Source: an uncultured Planctomycetaceae bacterium (GTDB lineage Bacteria; Planctomycetota; Planctomycetia; Planctomycetales; Planctomycetaceae). Taken from it: a DNA stretch of 64,000 nucleotides. Where the stretch lies: assembly GCA_963813715.1 (NCBI GenBank), contig CAWFAK010000005.1, positions 256,001 through 320,000 of the forward strand, in the 5' to 3' direction. Below, piece after piece: positions 10,441 to 18,471 of this stretch. Each line of letters begins with the position of its first letter. The stretch's first letter is position 1. The translations under genes and the position numbers were made by a program. The notes under the pieces were generated by a model that was not told the origin of the DNA, ran no database searches, and was given only the letters and a program-made list of their open reading frames with translations.

Positions 10441-10782
10441 ATGAGGCCAGAATTTGCTCTGTGGGCGTTCGAGGCGGTCGGCGTCCTGATCCTGTTGTGG
10501 TTCAAGGTGCCCCTGTCGTACGCGATCGAGGTCGTGGCCGCGGCGGTGATCCTCGACTGGATCGTCGACCGCTGGATTCTCCGACGGAAACCCGTTGAAC
10601 CCCGGCAACTCCTGCCGAATCGGCGATTGCTCACGGCCATCATCTGCGGATCGCTCGGCGCGGCGGCCGGCGTCGGCATGGGCCTCTTCATGCAGTGCGA
10701 CGCGACCACGCTGCTGTGGCTGGGGATTCTGCCGGGCGCCGTGGGGTTTTTCTTTGGACTCGTGTTCAAAATGACGGCGTAG
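10441..10782 (+). CDS. small hypothetical membrane protein
   Basis: 113 aa, about four hydrophobic segments, GC3-rich codons. Confidence 0.6.
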   Translation: MRPEFALWAFEAVGVLILLWFKVPLSYAIEVVAAAVILDWIVDRWILRRKPVEPRQLLPNRRLLTAIICGSLGAAAGVGMGLFMQCDATTLLWLGILPGAVGFFFGLVFKMTA

Positions 10783-10814
10783 AGGGCGCGAAGACTCACG
10801 GGCGGGCTTAAATT

Positions 10815-11119
10815 CTACGCAAGCCGATCCTGCCAGAATCCGGGGCGCCGACTCGTGTGGGCGACAGCCAACGCCAGGAGGATTTTGTCGGCCTGGAGCT
10901 CGAACAGGACCCTAAGACGTCGCGGCAGGCCCTGTCGCAGTTCGCGCGAGCCAGCGTAATCTCCGGCCGCGAGAAGCTTTCTGGAGCCTCCTCAATCCGC
11001 TCAAAGAGATGCGACAGCGAGTCGAGGAATTCCGTTCCCAATCCGGCGCGTCGCGCTTCGTACCACTGGTATGCGACTTCGATGTCCTGTTGCGCCTCCT
11101 GCGTCAGTTGGAGCCGCAT
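10815..11119 (-). CDS. RelE/ParE family toxin (frameshift ~10945, possibly degenerate)
   Basis: LTQEAQQDIEVAYQWYEARRAGLGTEF; alternative frame gives ALAVAHTSRRPGFWQDRLA*; the usual RRFPY motif is not intact. Confidence 0.75.
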
Positions 11120-11361
11120 CGCTTCGCGTCTGCCGATTCACGAGTGCGAAGTCGCGAAAGCACGGTTCGCCAATCCTCGGCGGTCGTTTCGCCTCGCTCG
11201 TAAGCCCGAGCGCGGTTTTCGATTTCCGTCATCCAGGCGGCTGCGATTTCGGGCGTGGCGAAGTCGCCGCGGAAGCTTTGCTCGATGACGTCGGCCACGT
11301 AAGCCCGATCCTCGGGGGAGAGGGATAAGGCTTGCTGTGCAATCTCTTCGCGACTCGACAT
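11104..11361 (-). CDS. putative addiction-module antitoxin (TIGR02574-like)
   Basis: ALSLSPEDRAYVAD, EIAAAWMTEIENRARAYERG, DWRTV; overlaps the toxin start. Confidence 0.85.
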   Translation of the reverse strand: MSSREEIAQQALSLSPEDRAYVADVIEQSFRGDFATPEIAAAWMTEIENRARAYERGETTAEDWRTVLSRLRTRESADAKRCGSN

Positions 11362-11469
11362 GACCGGCTCCCAGCGTTCCTAGATTAAGCCAATTCTCCC
11401 ATGTTTTCCCCTGGTCTGCGAGGGGTTTGCGGAATGACGAAATTTTTTGAAATCTTTCGCAATTTGCGC

Positions 11470-11495
11470 GAACCCGGGTCATCCACTAGTCGTCT
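11470..11495 (+). promoter_or_regulatory. ECF sigma-type promoter
   Basis: GAACC-N16-CGTCT preceded by an AT-rich tract (11439-11465), upstream of the ECF locus. Confidence 0.6.
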
Positions 11496-11613
11496 TGTGG
11501 TCGTTGGAGATAATGTTGCAATGCAGGCCACGGGCCTGTAGACTTTGACGGAGTAGTGTTCTTCTGTTTAGTTTCCCTGAGCGACTGCGGTTCTAGCCGC
11601 AGGAGGTCGTGCC

Positions 11614-12000
11614 ATGCATCCGAATTTTGACAACGCCTGCCAAAACGTCGTCAATCACGTCTCGAACGCCAACGCGTTCGTCGGACATTCGGTGGCTTGC
11701 GTCGACGCGACCTCGAAACGCCTGCTCGGCAGGAAACGTTCGTCGATGCGGCCCCAGCACCTACTGGGCGACTCGCTGTCGGACTATCAGCCCGACATGT
11801 CGAGTCCGCGGGATGCCATGTCCCGCGGAGCACGCCCAACCACGCCAACGCGTTCATTACGAACGCAGACGTGGCAGGCGCAGGGCACGCCAGCCGCCAT
11901 TGCGGCGGCAGGTACCGAGCTTGCCGCCACAAGGGCGGCAGGTACTCAGCCAGCCGCCATTTGGGCGGCGCTGGTGATCGCGAGAGCGCTCGCCAGTTAG
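11614..12000 (+). CDS. putative leader ORF (128 aa) with three 10-aa Ala-rich repeats
   Basis: AGGAGG Shine-Dalgarno 7 nt before ATG; repeats AAIAAAGTEL/AATRAAGTQP/AAIWAALVIA; no recognisable domain. Confidence 0.5.
   Translation: MHPNFDNACQNVVNHVSNANAFVGHSVACVDATSKRLLGRKRSSMRPQHLLGDSLSDYQPDMSSPRDAMSRGARPTTPTRSLRTQTWQAQGTPAAIAAAGTELAATRAAGTQPAAIWAALVIARALAS
11891..11980. repeat. 3 x 30-bp tandem hairpin repeat
   Basis: GCCGCC-N5-GGCGGC at 11893, 11923 and 11953. Confidence 0.85.
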
Positions 12001-12269
12001 GGCAACACGGTCGACGAGTCGTTTTTGGCTTTGAGCGAACGGGTTTCCCGGCCTCCCGGCGTCTGATTCCGGTTGCCGTCGTCTCCCCGTTCCTTCCCGC
12101 GTGGTTCTGTTGCTTTCCGGCTGTGGACTTCGTTCCCAGCCTGCGAGCAACGCCGAACCTCACGGCCGGCTGCGGAAAATTTCACCCCGCAGCTCGGCAA
12201 GCCGTTCCTGTTTCAGCGGTTTGCAGCGTTTCAACGCATCAGGCCGCTCCCAGGTGGGAGCAAACGAAA

Positions 12270-12821
12270 ATGGAAGAGCAACGAACCATCCGGTTGGTGT
12301 TGGAAGCCCAAGCCGGCAGCCGCGAAGCTTTCGGGCAGCTCGTGACCCAGTTCGAGACCACGGTCTTCGCGACCGTGATGTCGCGGCTGCGGAACCGGGC
12401 CGAGGCCCGCGAAGTGACGCAGGACGTGTTCGTGCAGGCCATGCGCAAGCTCGCGCAGCTCCGCGAGCCCGAACGGTTCGGGGGCTGGCTGCGGCAGATC
12501 GCGGTGCGGATGTCGATCAACCGCGCCGTGCGGCGGCCGCCGGAGATGACGCTCAGCCCGGAAACGTTCACGTCGCTGAAGACCGAGCCGCGAACCCCGC
12601 TCGACGACCTGCTCCGCATGGAGCGGTCGACGCAGGTCTGGGGCGGACTGTCGAAGCTTCGCGACCTCGACCGCCGAACGCTGATCGCGTTCTACGTCGA
12701 GGGGCAGTCGCTCAAGCAAATGAGCGACAAGTTCGACAGCCCGATCGGCACGATCAAGCGCCGGCTGCACACGGCTCGGACCCGGCTCCGCAAGGAGCTG
12801 ACCGAGGCGATCCCGGCGTGA
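12270..12821 (+). CDS. ECF-type RNA polymerase sigma-70 factor
   Basis: AQAGSREAFGQLV, AREVTQDVF, FGGWLRQIA (region 2); SLKQMSDKFDSPIGTIKRRLHTAR (region 4). Confidence 0.93.
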   Translation: MEEQRTIRLVLEAQAGSREAFGQLVTQFETTVFATVMSRLRNRAEAREVTQDVFVQAMRKLAQLREPERFGGWLRQIAVRMSINRAVRRPPEMTLSPETFTSLKTEPRTPLDDLLRMERSTQVWGGLSKLRDLDRRTLIAFYVEGQSLKQMSDKFDSPIGTIKRRLHTARTRLRKELTEAIPA

Positions 12822-12859
12822 CGGATCGAAGCGCGTGATGATCGGCACGCGTCAGAACG

Positions 12860-12895
12860 AAGCACGGGCGGTTTAGGCCGCCCGTGCTTTTTTTT
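12860..12895 (+). terminator. rho-independent terminator
   Basis: AAGCACGGGCGG-tttagg-CCGCCCGTGCTT followed by a T run. Confidence 0.9.
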
Positions 12896-12944
12896 GACGT
12901 TCTTTTGACGGAAGGCGGATCCCTCGGGGTCGCCGCGAACCGGG

Positions 12945-13298
12945 CTATCGCTTCGCGATATCCCTGCGACGGACGGCGATCAGTTTTTTCACGAGCGTTT
13001 TGGGAAGCGGTTTGTCGATCGAAAACTGCAACGCACCTTTCGAGGTCACATAGCCGGCGACGTCATCCGCCAGCTCCGCGAGGACGGAACCACTGTGAGG
13101 CAGGTAACTCAGGTGGTTTTTGAAGGCGGCGAATCCGGCAATCACCTTGCCGTCCAGCCGAAACGCCGGCATGCCATACGAGATGCCTTCCTCCGCCTTC
13201 GGGATGATGCTCTGAATGGTCCGCCGCAAATGCCGCAGGGTGCTCCGCTTCGGCTCGTCGAGATTCGCCAGATAGTCGTCAATCTCTTTCTGAGACAT
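12945..13298 (-). CDS. DUF1801/YdhG-like protein
   Basis: IDDYLA, EEGISYGMPAF, AGFAAFKNHLSYLPHS, SKGALQF, PLPKTLVKKLI. Confidence 0.85.
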   Translation of the reverse strand: MSQKEIDDYLANLDEPKRSTLRHLRRTIQSIIPKAEEGISYGMPAFRLDGKVIAGFAAFKNHLSYLPHSGSVLAELADDVAGYVTSKGALQFSIDKPLPKTLVKKLIAVRRRDIAKR

Positions 13299-13408
13299 GC
13301 GGTCATTTTAGGCGGCGTACAGACACCGTCAATTTGGCTGTGTGGCCCCGGCGTCTTAAAGCTCGGATCGTTTGAGAGCTGGTGGTCTCGTGATTAGCAC
13401 CCGGGGGA

Positions 13409-13578
13409 TCCCTCGCTCACCAACAAATTGCATTAGCGATACTAAGTGTTGCGCCGAGAAGAGTTTTGCGTACACCTTCGAAAGCTATGTCGGTAAGGAC
13501 TTACGTCGTCACATGCAATTGGTTGTCACGCTTCGGGTTAGTGAATTCATCATACCAACCCGAAGTGTCAGCGAGGGA
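13409..13578. repeat. head-to-head pair of family D REPs (ACCAACCCGAAGCGTNAGCGAGGGA), left copy interrupted
   Basis: right copy ATACCAACCCGAAGTGTCAGCGAGGGA; left copy = TCCCTCGCTCAC (13409-13420) + TCACGCTTCGGGTTAGTGA (13526-13544). Confidence 0.75.
13421..13525. mobile_element. 105-bp MITE-like element with 13-bp TIRs and 4-bp target duplication
   Basis: left end CAACAAATTGCAT, right end ATGCAATTGGTTG (12/13 inverted); TCAC on both sides; TAAGT at position 23-27 from each end. Confidence 0.75.
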
Positions 13579-13641
13579 TCTTCATCGCAGCGAAGTGTGT
13601 CGGGCGGCCTCACGCAGATCCGTGCGCACGGCACTCGGCGT

Positions 13642-14665
13642 TCAAAGCCGGGCGGCCGACTTGGGGATGATGTGGTCGGCCGGCTTTTGCAGGTCGCGGT
13701 TCTTTTTCTCGTTCGACCACCAACGCCGCCAGTCGTCCCGGTTGTAGCCCAACTTTTGATCGGTGATCTTGGACAGCGTGTCCATGACCGCCAGATTTCG
13801 ATCCTTCACCGCCATCGGCAAATTTTGCGGCCGTTTCTCGACCAGGTGGTACGTCAAAACGGCGGCACGGCTTTCCGAAACAGGAGGGGCACAACAGGAC
13901 AAACACGGTCGACGGCGAGAGCTCCACCGCCTGCGCCGTGCGGAACGTCATCGCCTCGATCAAATAGGGAACCGCGTCGCGGTGGGATCGCCGATTTCAG
14001 CAATGCCCTTCGCCGCCAGGCTGACGAGCTGTTGGTCGCGGGTCTTGAGAGCCTCGATGTACAACGGACGCGCGAAGTCGGCTCGATCGGAACCGATCGC
14101 CTGGCGGGCCGCCTCGCGGACCTGCGGCGACGGATCGTAAAGCGACAGCGCGACGAGATAGTAAACCGGCTTCGCGCCGGGAATCCCGCGGGCGATCATC
14201 ACGAACAAGAGCCGCGCCTCTTCCAGCGGGCTGCTGGCCAGATAACGGGTGAGGGCCGGCAGCGCGTCGGGATCTTCAATCCGCAAAAGTTCCGCTCGCG
14301 CGCTGCGGCTTTGATCGCGCTTGGTCCCCAACAGCCGTGAGACGAGCGACCGGATTTTCGGCATCCACGCCTCTTCCTCGGCCGTTAGACGCAGCCTCCG
14401 GGAACTCGCCTTGGCACCGGCGGCCTGCGCGGATCGGCGCCGTGCTTCACTTGCTTGACCGAGTCCCGATCGAAAACGATCACCGTCCCGCAGGACGTGC
14501 AGAGCGTGACCGACTTCGCGGTTCCGGAATAGCCGACGAGACGGCCGTGGACCACGCCGCCGTTATTCAGCGTGACACTATCGGCCCGCCCCATCGCGAG
14601 CGGCAGCAGAATGGAGAACGCAATCACTGCCAGCGGGCGCGCTGAACACCAGCTCGAAAGCGCAT
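13642..14665 (-). CDS. secreted HEAT-repeat protein (several frameshifts)
   Basis: signal peptide + ADSVTLNNGGVVHG (14385..14627), HEAT-like DPSPQVREAARQAI / AAKGIAEIGDP (13960..14364), C-terminal LSKITDQKLGYNRDDWRRWW (13642..13902). Confidence 0.7.
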
Positions 14666-14930
14666 CGGAATGTCTCCATTCGGAGGCAGCTGGTCGAGAA
14701 CGCTACGGAGCAACCCTTCGCGGTGGGCAGCGGCCCGAAAAATTCGCGCGACACCTAAGCTTAATCGTACGAACCGAGCGCCCAAAAGCAATAAAAGTTT
14801 GTTGCCAGCCCGGTGGCAAGCGGAGTGTCACGCCTGCGTGGTTTCAATCCCGGCAAACGCGGTCGCACGCGCCGCGGTACAATTTCCGCGGCAGCAAGTG
14901 ACCCTGAGGATCCGTCTGCGGCGAGGCGAA

Positions 14931-15291
14931 ATGCTGTTTATCTATCCGATGTGGGATTCCGAAAGTCAGCGCCTCGGACTCAAAGCCTGCACGCCGCGCG
15001 GCTATGTGCACTTCACTGCCTGGCAGAGGCGATAGGAGTTGTTGGCTTGTTCTGTTGCCTGTCACAGGGATCTTTTTGATTGGCCTGGCGTGCCTTGGTT
15101 GGTTTCACACTGAATATTTTGGGTTGTTCCTCGCGCCATTCGCGGCGGGCGTCCTCTCGGAATCAACCATGTGCGTTTCTCGGGTCTGTGCAAAAAGAAA
15201 GCGTTTCGACTATGACGCTGAAACCCGGACGGCCAGCTGGATTGAGCAGGGTGTCGCTCAAGAATTCCAATGGAAACAGGTGAAGCGTTAA
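14931..15291 (+). CDS. hypothetical membrane protein (frameshifted)
   Basis: MLFIYPMWDS piece followed by hydrophobic ORF 15004..15291; lower GC than surroundings. Confidence 0.35.
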
Positions 15292-15321
15292 TCCGACCAA
15301 CGCGCGTACGCCGCAAAACTG

Positions 15322-15360
15322 AAGACATGCCCACGCGGAGCCGTGGGGATGGCACCCGGC
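15322..15360 (-). repeat. REP family B, single copy
   Basis: reverse complement of 16400-16438 with 2 mismatches in 39 nt. Confidence 0.85.
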
Positions 15361-15388
15361 GCCCTGACACCTTTGTTACGGCCGTAGC

Positions 15389-16391
15389 ATGAGCGACTCA
15401 ACCTGGATCTTTACGTATGTTGGAATTGCCGCGGATTGGCCCACGATGCATTGGCTGATCGCCCGTGACGGGGCACTTCGAGGAATGTGGTTGCGCCAAG
15501 CCGACGGATTGATTGGGTCGGCACTGAGCCCGTGCTTAAGGAACTCGGGATCGAAACGAGTAAGGAGAAGGTTGCGAAGCTTGCTCAGCTAACCCAGCGC
15601 TTCCAGGAAGAGCGGAACTCGCGCCTTTCGAAATTGACCCCGAAGGAACTCAACCGGAGGGGGCCTACGATTCAAAAGGAGCTGCGAGCGAAGGCCAATC
15701 TCGAACTGCAGCAGATCTTTGACGAGACGCGAATACGCCCGCCTCGAACAGATCGATTGGCAGGCAGCGGGTCCACGGGCGTTGCAATATGTTGAAATCG
15801 TCAGAGGCGCTGGCCCTCAGGAAAAAGCAGAGACAAAGTCTCTCGTCGCTGGCTCGCAAGACCTCGCGGCTCGTGAAGACACTCCTGAGTGCAGGCGGCA
15901 CGCCTCGCCCCAAAAAAGATAAAGAGCTCAACTCAGTCTTCGTTGCCCTCAAGGCCGAGCACGAGAAGGAAGCCGGCAAGATTCTCAGCCCGACACAACG
16001 AAAGAAATTCGCCCGGCTGAAAGGGAAGCCCGCATCCATTCCTCTCGAGCACTTGAGACCCTCTACCGAAGTCCGTGGAACGACCGTCGTCATCGACATC
16101 AAAAACGCAGGCCTCATGGTGACCTTAGAGACGCGAGGGTGGTCGTCTCTCGTCACGGCAGCGACCGGACCGCATCGACACGAAGTGATCACCACCCCGG
16201 GCGAGCAATCGGTCACCATCACCGTGTTTTCGAGCCGCCCAATCAGGCATCTCAGCTCGAACGAAAGCTTCAGCGTTCAAAGCGACCAAACTCGAACTCT
16301 TGTGGTATCGCTCGTCGGCGGACAAGTAAGCGCGAGGGTCGATAATGATTCGCCGTTAACGTTCCGAAGGGGACTCGCACGGCAAAGGTAA
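15389..16391 (+). CDS. hypothetical helical Lys/Glu-rich protein (frameshifted; start uncertain)
   Basis: fragments VLKELGIETSKEKVAKL / ARLEQIDWQAAGPRAL / EALALRKKQRQSL..KILSPTQRKKF in successive frames. Confidence 0.5.
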
Positions 16392-16399
16392 AGCCATGC

Positions 16400-16481
16400 G
16401 CCGGGTGCCATGCCCACGGCTCGGCGTGGGCATGTCTTGCCGCTCGCCGCATGCTCACGCAAAGCCGTGAGCATGGCATAC
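16400..16481. repeat. REP family B doublet
   Basis: GGGTGCCATGCCCACG-gctcgg-CGTGGGCATG and CATGCTCACG-caaagc-CGTGAGCATGGCATAC. Confidence 0.85.
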
Positions 16482-16557
16482 ACTCAGCGCCAACTTGGCG
16501 GACGCGCTCGCTATTCGTTCCGGTCCAGCAAAACTGATCTTCGCAAATCTCAGGAAC

Positions 16558-16731
16558 TGGTATAATGGAAGCGTGACAACCTGATGTCGCATGACGGAGA
16601 CGCGTAAAGCGTCGCAAGTCTCTTAACGAGAGCCGTCGCCTTTTCAGCCGCTGGGCTGGGCGATGGCTTTGTTTGTTTGCAAGCCGGTCTCGCTCAGCAA
16701 GGCGGTGCAACAACCAATTTGCGAGACTGGT
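16558..16731 (+). promoter_or_regulatory. extended -10 promoter plus structured leader with terminator-like hairpin
   Basis: TGGTATAAT 16558-16566; stem AGCCGTCGCC/GGCGATGGCT (16631-16668) + TTGTTTGTTT; stem CCGGTCTCGC/GCGAGACTGG (16684-16730) ending 1 nt before the ATG. Confidence 0.55.
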
Positions 16732-18471
16732 ATGCAGCACGAAAACGAAAATGAGATCGGGACGGTCGCGGGTAACGGCGCAGCGACGGGCAACGGCGCA
16801 GCAACAGAAAATCGGACCGCGACAAGCCATGGGATCGGAAACGGGGCAGGCAACAAGCCGCTCGGGACGTGGACGCTGGCCGGCCACACGTACACGAATT
16901 ACGCCGAGTTTTGCGAGGCGCGCGATCGGCGGCAGCGGGAGTTTCTGACGCGGAGCGGCGGGGCTAAGTCGGACGAGCTGGGGCCACCGTTGGTCGTGCC
17001 CGAGGACGCAACGCCTGAGAATTTCAATCCGGAGAGCGAGTGGCCCGTCTCCTCGGAGATCAATGCGGCCCTCAAGAATCGCTTTCGGCTCTTCAACGGG
17101 GCTCAGCTCAAGTCGGCCAAAGCCACTCGCTACTTGATTCCCGGCATTCTGGCGGCCGGGCAGCCCGGGGGCATCTACGGCGGGTTCAAGACGCTCAAGA
17201 CGTCGCTGGCGGCCGATCTCTTGATCTCGCTGGCCAGCGGCACGCCGTTTCTCGGGCGGTTTCCGGTCGCGAAGCCGGGGCGAGTGGTGTTTCTGTCGGG
17301 CGAGGCCGGGCTCGAGGCGCTCAAGGCGACCGCGGACCGCATCTGTCGCGAGCGCGGCTTATCGCTGGAGTCACTCGAGAATTTTCATCTTTCGCCCGAT
17401 CTCCCGCGGCTCGATCGGCCAGTCGACGTGATGGCCCTCCGCGAATTGATCGAGATTCAACAGCCGATCTGCCTGGTAATCGACCCGATCTCGCTGGCGA
17501 TGGGCGACTCCAACAGCCGCAACCCGTTCGCCGTCGGAGCGCTGCTGCGGGAACTGGTCGAGCTGTGCGACACGACGGGCTGCGCGATCCTCGTCGTACA
17601 TCATGCCAAGCGTTCGCACAAAGCGGGCAGCCCGCCCATGCTCGACGACATTGCCTGGAGCGGCTTTGCCGAGTTCTCCGCCCAGTGGCTGTTGGTCTCG
17701 CGCCGCCGGCCGTACAACCCCGACACGGGCCATCACGAGTTGTGGCTCTCCTCGGGCGGCCGCGCGGGACATGCCGGCTTGTGGGCTCTCGACGTCGACG
17801 AAGGCGCCCCACCCGCGCTGCCGGACGAGGGACCGCTGCCATCCGCCCCCGAAGACCACCGCACTTGGAGAACAGCCCTGCGCTCGGTCGCCTGGGCCGA
17901 GGCTCAAGCGGACGAACAGTTCGTCGCCACTCGGGAAGATCGCCAATTGCGTCGCCGAGCGATGGCCGTCGAGCGTCAGAGCCAGCGCATGTTGGAGTTT
18001 CTCGCCGCCTACCCGGACGGCTGCACGGCCCGCTTCATGCGGGACCCGTTGGGCGTCAGCGGCGACCGGATGACGCGGCTGCTCGACCGCCTGATCGAGC
18101 AAGGCCAGATCGTCAAAAACGAAGATCGATCATTCGACAGCCGTCGCCCGATTGTGACGTACAGCCGCGTGAAAGTCATGGACCTGTCGGCGGCCGCCAT
18201 CAAAGCCGGCCGCGTGTCACGCCCGGACGAAAAGACCTACGACCCCAAGACCGGCTGGGGCAATGCCCCAGGCCCCGGTGCGGGCGGGGTCGGGGGTCGT
18301 GGAATGCATTGTGCCGCGGCACGCGGGATGGGCGATGAGTCGACCCGCGCGGTGGGACGGGACGCGGGACGGGACACGGTGTTTCATCGGGAAAATAGCG
18401 GTGTTTTGCCTGCCACCAACGACCAGCGTGAGGCGGCAGCCAGCGTGCCGTCACAGTCCGAATCGGCGTGA
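16732..18471 (+). CDS. AAA_25 / RepA-like (RecA-fold) ATPase-helicase with C-terminal HTH-like region
   Basis: YLIPGIL, Walker A GGFKTLKTS, VVFLSGE, Walker B LVIDP, ILVVHH; C-terminal ARFMRDPLGVSGDRMTRLLDRLIEQG. Confidence 0.8.
   Translation: MQHENENEIGTVAGNGAATGNGAATENRTATSHGIGNGAGNKPLGTWTLAGHTYTNYAEFCEARDRRQREFLTRSGGAKSDELGPPLVVPEDATPENFNPESEWPVSSEINAALKNRFRLFNGAQLKSAKATRYLIPGILAAGQPGGIYGGFKTLKTSLAADLLISLASGTPFLGRFPVAKPGRVVFLSGEAGLEALKATADRICRERGLSLESLENFHLSPDLPRLDRPVDVMALRELIEIQQPICLVIDPISLAMGDSNSRNPFAVGALLRELVELCDTTGCAILVVHHAKRSHKAGSPPMLDDIAWSGFAEFSAQWLLVSRRRPYNPDTGHHELWLSSGGRAGHAGLWALDVDEGAPPALPDEGPLPSAPEDHRTWRTALRSVAWAEAQADEQFVATREDRQLRRRAMAVERQSQRMLEFLAAYPDGCTARFMRDPLGVSGDRMTRLLDRLIEQGQIVKNEDRSFDSRRPIVTYSRVKVMDLSAAAIKAGRVSRPDEKTYDPKTGWGNAPGPGAGGVGGRGMHCAAARGMGDESTRAVGRDAGRDTVFHRENSGVLPATNDQREAAASVPSQSESA

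Noticed and set aside
11891..11980. 30-bp periodic repeat as a mini CRISPR array
   Set aside because: The units are contiguous with no unique 25-40-bp spacers, and there are no cas genes.
16711..16722. CAACCAATTTGC resembling the MITE terminal repeat
   Set aside because: Only a 9-nt match, with no TAAGT box at position 23 and no partner end; likely chance.
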